From sequence record NC_048173.1: a stretch of 64,000 bases of DNA; one strand, written 5' to 3'. Of the stretch, positions 8,730-14,184 are shown in pieces. The notes beneath the pieces are model-generated. The model saw nothing but the letters and a program-made list of their open reading frames with translations, was not told where the DNA came from and ran no database searches. Positions within the stretch are counted from its first letter, which is position 1, and every line of letters begins with the position of its first letter. The position numbers and the translations under genes are program-made.

Positions 8730-10038
8730 TAGGCTTTTCCTGTTTTGCATGAACGTGTGGTTGAACAGCCTCTGGTTTCGCGCCAGAGAGTTTCGGAAGT
8801 TTGTTTTCCTGCGAGGCTTTAACACGGCACTCGTAGCAGTTGCACGACAACGGTTTGAACTGGTCACCGTAAGTACCAAAGCGACGTTCCCACCATTGGG
8901 CAGTTAACAGCTTAGCGGTGGTCCAGCCGCACTGACGACGCTCAGAGTGATACTGCTTACGCGCATCTTCTTCGCCATCGCCATTCTCGTACGCCGCGGC
9001 TACGCAGGACGCACAGATGTGTTTGGCCGGGCAACCCAGACAGGCATCAGGATACGACTGCCATTGGGTCTGGACTTCGTTCAGCAGCTTGCCGCCGTCG
9101 GTGTTGACAATCTCGCGACCCACGAGTTTCGCAATTGCCTGACGGGTGGTGACGGTAGACATGAAGCGGTTACAACCGTAGATGTTACGGTCAAAGCCGA
9201 GACAGGTCATGTGAACCGTGGTACCACAGTGCGGTTTCAGACGTTCAGGGTCGTAACGAATCTGATCGTTATGCTGTAACATCTCACGCCATTCCGGAGC
9301 CCACATGTTATCGATGTTCATGCCGCGTGGGGTGATGTGGCCCATCTCAGCAGTCGGGTCTAAGTGCAGACCTTTACCAATCCAGTATTCCAGCACTTCA
9401 ATCATCTGGTTAGAGATGCCGAGCGCCATATCACGTGGAATGATATCTTCGAAAATCATGTTACCGTAAATGGTACCACCGCCAGACTGGTCAATCAGCG
9501 ACTTCATGGACGCCGCGTAGTGCTTCAGCGTGTCATGGGTAAAGGTCGCTTTAATCCCGAGGTCGTTGATTTTCATCGACTTCAGGTAATGATACCCTTC
9601 CAGCGCTTTCTCGTAGGAACCTTTACGAGAGGTGGTGAAGATACGGTGACGGTCGTGGGTTTCCGGCAGACCATCGATTGACACGCCGATAGACAGTTTC
9701 GGATACCAGCGCTCAATGATTGAACGGTTTAACGGCTTATCAAAAAGCGTTCCGTTCGTGGAGATGGAGAACATGTACGGGCGGTTATCACGCGCCGCTA
9801 ACATCTCTGCAGTTTCGAAGGCCGCAATCAGCAGCTTCGGTTGCAGGAACGGTTCCCCACCGATAATGTCGATAATCGCGCCGCCTACATTCGGCTTGCC
9901 GCGGTCACGGTCAAAACAGGCGTGGATGAAGTCAACCACGTCATCTACACGGTTGTTACGCGGGAACTTGCGCTCGTAGCAATAATCGCAATCGAGGTTA
10001 CACGACAAGTTCGTAACAATCTGATACGTTACGTCCAT
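8692..10038 (-). CDS. Radical SAM/SPASM peptide maturase (Cxxx-repeat target type)
   Basis: CNLDCDYC, IIGGEPFL, STNGTL and SIDG..HDRHR core. SPASM Cys set CGTT..NIYGC..CLGCPAKHICASC..C. GAGGGG RBS. Confidence 0.9.
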   Translation of the reverse strand: MDVTYQIVTNLSCNLDCDYCYERKFPRNNRVDDVVDFIHACFDRDRGKPNVGGAIIDIIGGEPFLQPKLLIAAFETAEMLAARDNRPYMFSISTNGTLFDKPLNRSIIERWYPKLSIGVSIDGLPETHDRHRIFTTSRKGSYEKALEGYHYLKSMKINDLGIKATFTHDTLKHYAASMKSLIDQSGGGTIYGNMIFEDIIPRDMALGISNQMIEVLEYWIGKGLHLDPTAEMGHITPRGMNIDNMWAPEWREMLQHNDQIRYDPERLKPHCGTTVHMTCLGFDRNIYGCNRFMSTVTTRQAIAKLVGREIVNTDGGKLLNEVQTQWQSYPDACLGCPAKHICASCVAAAYENGDGEEDARKQYHSERRQCGWTTAKLLTAQWWERRFGTYGDQFKPLSCNCYECRVKASQENKLPKLSGAKPEAVQPHVHAKQEKPNAVIDDSQFYSA

Positions 10039-10051
10039 TACAACATCCCCC

Positions 10052-10927
10052 TCAGGACTGTGGCAAATTTAGGTAGGTGTGTAGATACTTGTAAGCCTCT
10101 ACACCGATGATTTGGGCCATGGCATTACAGCCTGAGTTAACGTAGAAGTCCACGTTCTCATTGTGCTTAATGTCACCGTTTGGTTCTACCAGTTTCAGCT
10201 GACCGCAAGCGTTACAGTTGGTGTGGTCGAAGAACTTCTCCAGACGGAACACCGTGTTGATACCGTTAACGCTGTTGAGATGCTGCATCTGTTCTTCAAT
10301 ACGCTTGTAGCCGTAAATGAAGTTCAGTACGTGGTCCTGATTGAGAGCTTTGTGCATCAGTTTGTCAAACGTCAGGGTCATAGCACCCACACGTAAGTGA
10401 TGCAGAGCAGCATGCAAACGCATGGTGTCTTCAAACCAGCGCGGCTTGCTAACGTGTTCGCGGGTCAGTACACCCCACGTAACCACATTGTCCAGCGCGT
10501 GCATGACTTCAAACGCTTCGTGCGCCCCTTCTTCCACAAACGCCATCAGACTGCGCTCGCCACCTTCGAAATGGTCGATGGAGACGATGATGCGGTCAAA
10601 CGTTTTCAGGAAGTCGAGTTGCGAGAGTTTGAGTTTTCGGCCGTTGGTAAACAGCAGGTGTTTTGCGGAAGGCACTTGCTCACGTGCTTCGCCTACAAAG
10701 TCAACTAACTTCTGGTAGGCCAATAACGGTTCGCCGCCCGTCCACAGGAATTCCTCTACTTGAGGATTTTCTTTTATAATGTCCACCATTGCCTCTTTGT
10801 GTTTTGTTTTCGAAACATCACCCTTGGCCATGTGAGCTGCCCCTCCACAGAAGGAGCAGTTCAGGTTGCACTTAGACGTCAGGGCAATGTCAATCATGGT
10901 AGCAGACGACTTAGGGGTATCGTGCAT
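10052..10927 (-). CDS. Second radical SAM protein (short, Twitch-like C-terminus)
   Basis: CNLNCSFC, WTGGEPLL, FTNG and VSID motifs. C-terminal CNAC..EPNGD..C. Start uncertain (10927 or 10897; the track start 10993 overlaps the upstream gene). Confidence 0.85.
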   Translation of the reverse strand: MHDTPKSSATMIDIALTSKCNLNCSFCGGAAHMAKGDVSKTKHKEAMVDIIKENPQVEEFLWTGGEPLLAYQKLVDFVGEAREQVPSAKHLLFTNGRKLKLSQLDFLKTFDRIIVSIDHFEGGERSLMAFVEEGAHEAFEVMHALDNVVTWGVLTREHVSKPRWFEDTMRLHAALHHLRVGAMTLTFDKLMHKALNQDHVLNFIYGYKRIEEQMQHLNSVNGINTVFRLEKFFDHTNCNACGQLKLVEPNGDIKHNENVDFYVNSGCNAMAQIIGVEAYKYLHTYLNLPQS

Positions 10928-11849
10928 CAGGGTTTTTGTTCCACAGATTTTCCATGAACGCGAATAACGGGTCGGAGACACGAACGTCTTCACCCGGGAC
11001 GATCAGTTTCGGGTCATGGTACGCTTTAAGAATAGCATCCAGCACCTTGTTGCGGTCGTTCAAACGCAGCAGCTCATCCACCGTCACAGTCTGACGGGTA
11101 AAGGAACTGACGGCATTCATCTCTTCGGCCGACAGCAGACCCGCTTCATTGACTTTACCGACCAAGAAGGTCAGTACACGATGTAAGTCAGCGGTAGTGT
11201 TAGGTTGCTCACCGTACTCATACTGCAACAGATAGTTGGTCCACGGCTTACGAATGCGTTTGGTAATCTCATGCGCATCGGTAATTGCGGTCCACTTCAT
11301 ATCACGGTGGTCCCATGTAAATTTATAGGAATACGCGAGCAGGTCGGCCAGACAGTCGATGCCTAACTCTTCGTACCCTTCAACCGGATAGTAACGCTCG
11401 AGGTTGAAATAACCCTCGTCAACGGTACCTTCTTCAACCAGCGTATAATAGAACGGGAACGAAGACGGGTATTCCCAGTTCCACTGACGCTGAATCATCG
11501 GCTTCATGCCGTGTTCTTTGAACGAAGCAAACACCATCTCCAGCGGCATGGAATAGTTCAGCACCGCATCCGTGAAGTAATACTTTTCGTTGACGAGCTT
11601 ACCGACGTATTCGGTTGTGCCATCGAGGTTGTACAGAATCTTAATCCGCAAACCATCCGGCGTGGTAAACTCTTCACGCACTTCTGCGTGATTTAAAATA
11701 TCACGCGGTCGCAGACGAGGGAATTCACCAGGGTTCATGCAAATCAAACGCAGGCGGTCATTCACGTGGTCGTTTACCGCGTCGGGCAGCCCAAGGTGTA
11801 TTGGGTAGTTAAAGTTGGTACGAAACGCCAAGTGTTCATTATTCTTCAC
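10911..11849 (-). CDS. Hypothetical protein of the radical SAM locus (312 aa)
   Basis: GTG start 10 nt after the peptide stop, preceded by TAAGGAG. Aromatic/acidic composition, no family recognised. Confidence 0.8.
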   Translation of the reverse strand: MKNNEHLAFRTNFNYPIHLGLPDAVNDHVNDRLRLICMNPGEFPRLRPRDILNHAEVREEFTTPDGLRIKILYNLDGTTEYVGKLVNEKYYFTDAVLNYSMPLEMVFASFKEHGMKPMIQRQWNWEYPSSFPFYYTLVEEGTVDEGYFNLERYYPVEGYEELGIDCLADLLAYSYKFTWDHRDMKWTAITDAHEITKRIRKPWTNYLLQYEYGEQPNTTADLHRVLTFLVGKVNEAGLLSAEEMNAVSSFTRQTVTVDELLRLNDRNKVLDAILKAYHDPKLIVPGEDVRVSDPLFAFMENLWNKNPDARYP

Positions 11850-11859
11850 GGATAGCTCC

Positions 11860-12069
11860 TTACGATGGCCACGTTACCGCTTTAGCGCCACCTGATGCTG
11901 ACCAGCTGCAGCTGCCGTTACAACGGTAGGCCCCAGCCGGAATATTGTTTAAACGGTTCGCGTTATTCACCGTCCCCCGCGTGGCGATATAGTTATTCGC
12001 AGACGCGGTCGTGATGTACCCTTCGAGACGGGCGATTTGTTGCGCAACCTCGTTCAGTGAAACAGCCAT
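11860..12069 (-). CDS. Short MAVSLN-leader peptide (2 Cys; truncated-core paralog)
   Basis: TAAGGAG RBS. 49-aa leader homologous to the two long peptides, then CNGSCSWSASGGAKAVTWPS. Confidence 0.85.
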   Translation of the reverse strand: MAVSLNEVAQQIARLEGYITTASANNYIATRGTVNNANRLNNIPAGAYRCNGSCSWSASGGAKAVTWPS

Positions 12070-12078
12070 AGCGACTCC

Positions 12079-12477
12079 TTACGGTCCTGAGCAACCAGAG
12101 CATCCCGTACAAGACGACGAACAGCTACCAGAGCAGCCGCCTGAACAGCCTCCCGAACAACTTGTAGAGCACGTACCGGAACAGGTTCCCGTACAGTTAC
12201 CCGAACAACCCCCAGCACAACCACCCGTACAGTTAGACGAGCACGAACCGCCACACGTCCCTGAACAAGTGCCTGTACAACCGCCAGAACATGCAGACCC
12301 GCATGACCAGCTACAAGTGCCGCCACAATGGTAATGGTTGGCGTCTTGACCGGCTAATCGGTCGACGTTGTTTGAAGTTTTACCGCCGATGTACGCTTGA
12401 ACCCCTGCTTCTGTTTTCAGTGCAGCGGATTCAATGTTGCTCATCTGGTTCTTTACTGCATTAAGTGATACAGCCAT
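12079..12477 (-). CDS. Cxxx-repeat Cys/Gly/Ser-rich peptide (putative radical SAM substrate) 2
   Basis: TAAGGAG RBS. 50-aa leader plus 82-aa core with 21 Cys (18 consecutive Cxxx units, then CTG-CSG-CSGP). Confidence 0.9.
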   Translation of the reverse strand: MAVSLNAVKNQMSNIESAALKTEAGVQAYIGGKTSNNVDRLAGQDANHYHCGGTCSWSCGSACSGGCTGTCSGTCGGSCSSNCTGGCAGGCSGNCTGTCSGTCSTSCSGGCSGGCSGSCSSSCTGCSGCSGP

Positions 12478-12488
12478 GGTCGCTCTCC

Positions 12489-12875
12489 TTACATCGGACC
12501 GGAACAGGCAGAACAGCCCGTACAGGAACTAGAACAAGAGCCAGAGCACCCGTGACCACATCCGCCAGAGCACGATGAGGAACAAGCACTACCACAACCA
12601 CCCACGCAGGTGCCGGTACAGGTCCCAGAGCAACTGCCTGAACACGTACCAGAACAACCACCGGAACAGTTACCGGAACAACTCGAGCAACCATAGGAGC
12701 ACCCAGACGAACATGTCCAGCTACAGCTACCGTTACAGCGAATGTCCCCGGGTGACATGCCACCCAGATTGTTTGCGTTAAATGCTTTGGTTGCAACCTG
12801 ATTGTCCACAGAAGGTCCTGTGGCCAAAGACAGTCTCGCAATTCGCGCATTAACGTCATTAAGTGAAACGGCCAT
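12489..12875 (-). CDS. Cxxx-repeat Cys/Gly/Ser-rich peptide (putative radical SAM substrate) 1
   Basis: AAAGGAAG RBS. 46-aa leader plus 82-aa core with 21 Cys, ending CSGSCSSSCTGCSACSGPM. Confidence 0.9.
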   Translation of the reverse strand: MAVSLNDVNARIARLSLATGPSVDNQVATKAFNANNLGGMSPGDIRCNGSCSWTCSSGCSYGCSSCSGNCSGGCSGTCSGSCSGTCTGTCVGGCGSACSSSCSGGCGHGCSGSCSSSCTGCSACSGPM

Positions 12876-12929
12876 ATGCTTCCTTTAACGGGCGAACTCG
12901 CATAGAGTAACGCCCTGACGTTATAAGAG

Positions 12930-14129
12930 TTATCTGGTACCTGCAGCCGACTGGAGGTCGTCGCGGGTAGTGAGGCTGTTGTTAACGTGAACAGCCGCTT
13001 GCACCACGCCACCGGTGTTTTTGTTGAGGTACTGGTCGTGTGGGTTAGCTGCAGACTGGTGCGCCGCCAAGGCCGCATTCGTGTTAGCCAATGCCTGTTC
13101 CAGAGCCGCGATGCGATTTTCGAGCCCTTGGTTCGAGTTAGCCATGTTCGCAATCTGCTGTTTCAGGTTACTGATTTCCTGATTAGCGGCCGCCAGTCCC
13201 TGATTAAGGGTACCGAGCTGTTGCGAGAGCAGACCGACCTGCGTTTCCAGCACCAGAATCTCATCCATCAGCTCAGCGATTTGCAGCTGGGTCTTCTGGT
13301 AGTTCTGGTCAACGGTGTTAAGCTGGGTGTTCCACGTGCCAATTGAGCTAACCAGTGCGGCAATCTGCTGCGTTAAGTTAGTGTCGGTTGCGCCCAGTGT
13401 GCCGATATCTTGCAGGACAGCGTTAATGCTACTCTGTACTGTTTGAATCTGTGCCCGGACTTCAGCGGTGGAGTACACATCCAACTGACCACGGGTCAGG
13501 TTGTGAACGTTACCTTCGGCCGTACGGTGCTCTTCTAATGCCGACAGCATCTCTTGACGATACGCTTTAAGCATGTTTTGAATCTGCACCATTTCAGCGG
13601 AAGCGCCGATACGGATAGCATCGTTCAGCTTAGACAGCAGCGTAACAATATATTCAAAACCGAAGAAGTCACCCATGTCGCGGAAGGCAGGTGCGCCCGC
13701 AAACTCATCCGGCACGTCACGCAGTTCAGCGAAGTTAATCGTCGGGTCATCTAAGTTCAGCGTATTGATACACTGAATGATGTTGTCCACGTTCGCGGCA
13801 TACGGGCCACCGACAATCTGAGCCGATGCCGTAATGTCTGCCGGGACTGACGATTTGGTAATGACAATGGCTGTGGCAATCTCACGTCCGCCGGCCTGTT
13901 TGGTCAGGGACGGGTGGAGCAGAATCACTTCGTAGTTGGTACCCCGAACGAGTGGCTGATTAGGCGCATTCACCGGAGCCATTCGAAGCGTATCAACAAA
14001 GAACGGACCTGTCGGGAAAGCAAACGCTCGGTTAACAGTACCGGTACCGAGTTTAATCGGATGCGATACAGCATTACTGAGGTTGGTTCCGAACAGGTCC
14101 AATGGGTATTGCATTGCTACCTTACTCAT
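12930..14129 (-). CDS. Coiled-coil tail-fibre-like virion protein
   Basis: N-terminal YPLDLFGTNLSN domain is shared with the three giant fibre genes. Long heptad region. HRTAEGNVH and HQSAANPHDQYL fibre motifs. Confidence 0.7.
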   Translation of the reverse strand: MSKVAMQYPLDLFGTNLSNAVSHPIKLGTGTVNRAFAFPTGPFFVDTLRMAPVNAPNQPLVRGTNYEVILLHPSLTKQAGGREIATAIVITKSSVPADITASAQIVGGPYAANVDNIIQCINTLNLDDPTINFAELRDVPDEFAGAPAFRDMGDFFGFEYIVTLLSKLNDAIRIGASAEMVQIQNMLKAYRQEMLSALEEHRTAEGNVHNLTRGQLDVYSTAEVRAQIQTVQSSINAVLQDIGTLGATDTNLTQQIAALVSSIGTWNTQLNTVDQNYQKTQLQIAELMDEILVLETQVGLLSQQLGTLNQGLAAANQEISNLKQQIANMANSNQGLENRIAALEQALANTNAALAAHQSAANPHDQYLNKNTGGVVQAAVHVNNSLTTRDDLQSAAGTR

Positions 14130-14156
14130 CGGAAAAACTCCTTGTGGTGAGTAAAG

Positions 14157-14180
14157 AGTGGGGAGCCGAAACTCCCCACT
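14157..14180. terminator. Strong hairpin (weak or bidirectional terminator, or RNA stability element)
   Basis: AGTGGGGAG-CCGAAA-CTCCCCACT. Followed by CTTTAC on the minus strand and TTATTT on the plus strand. Confidence 0.55.
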
Positions 14181-14184
14181 TTAT

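Noticed and set aside
8730-8879. N-terminal extension of the 8166-8879 ORF
   Set aside because: It lies wholly inside the rSAM/SPASM C-terminus in another frame. ATG 8729 has a plausible RBS.
12011-12781. Plus-strand ORFs rich in PEQP/EQLP repeats (12011-12334, 12575-12781) and the Val/Arg-rich alternative minus frames
   Set aside because: They are antisense or frame shadows of the Cys/Gly/Ser repeats. They lack an RBS, while the MAVSLN frames each have one and are mutually homologous.
12079-12875. CRISPR array or DNA tandem repeat
   Set aside because: The periodicity is 12 nt at the codon level with scrambled synonymous positions. There is no constant repeat-spacer structure and no cas genes.
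11860-12875. Classical secreted bacteriocin cluster
   Set aside because: No ABC transporter, C39 or other leader peptidase, or immunity gene is present in the window. Release at lysis cannot be excluded, and a metallothionein-like role remains an untested alternative.
12876-12932. Possible stop-codon read-through fusing the 399-aa fibre protein to peptide 1 (they are in the same frame)
   Set aside because: A second in-frame TAA occurs three codons after the first (CTC TTA TAA), and peptide 1 has its own RBS.
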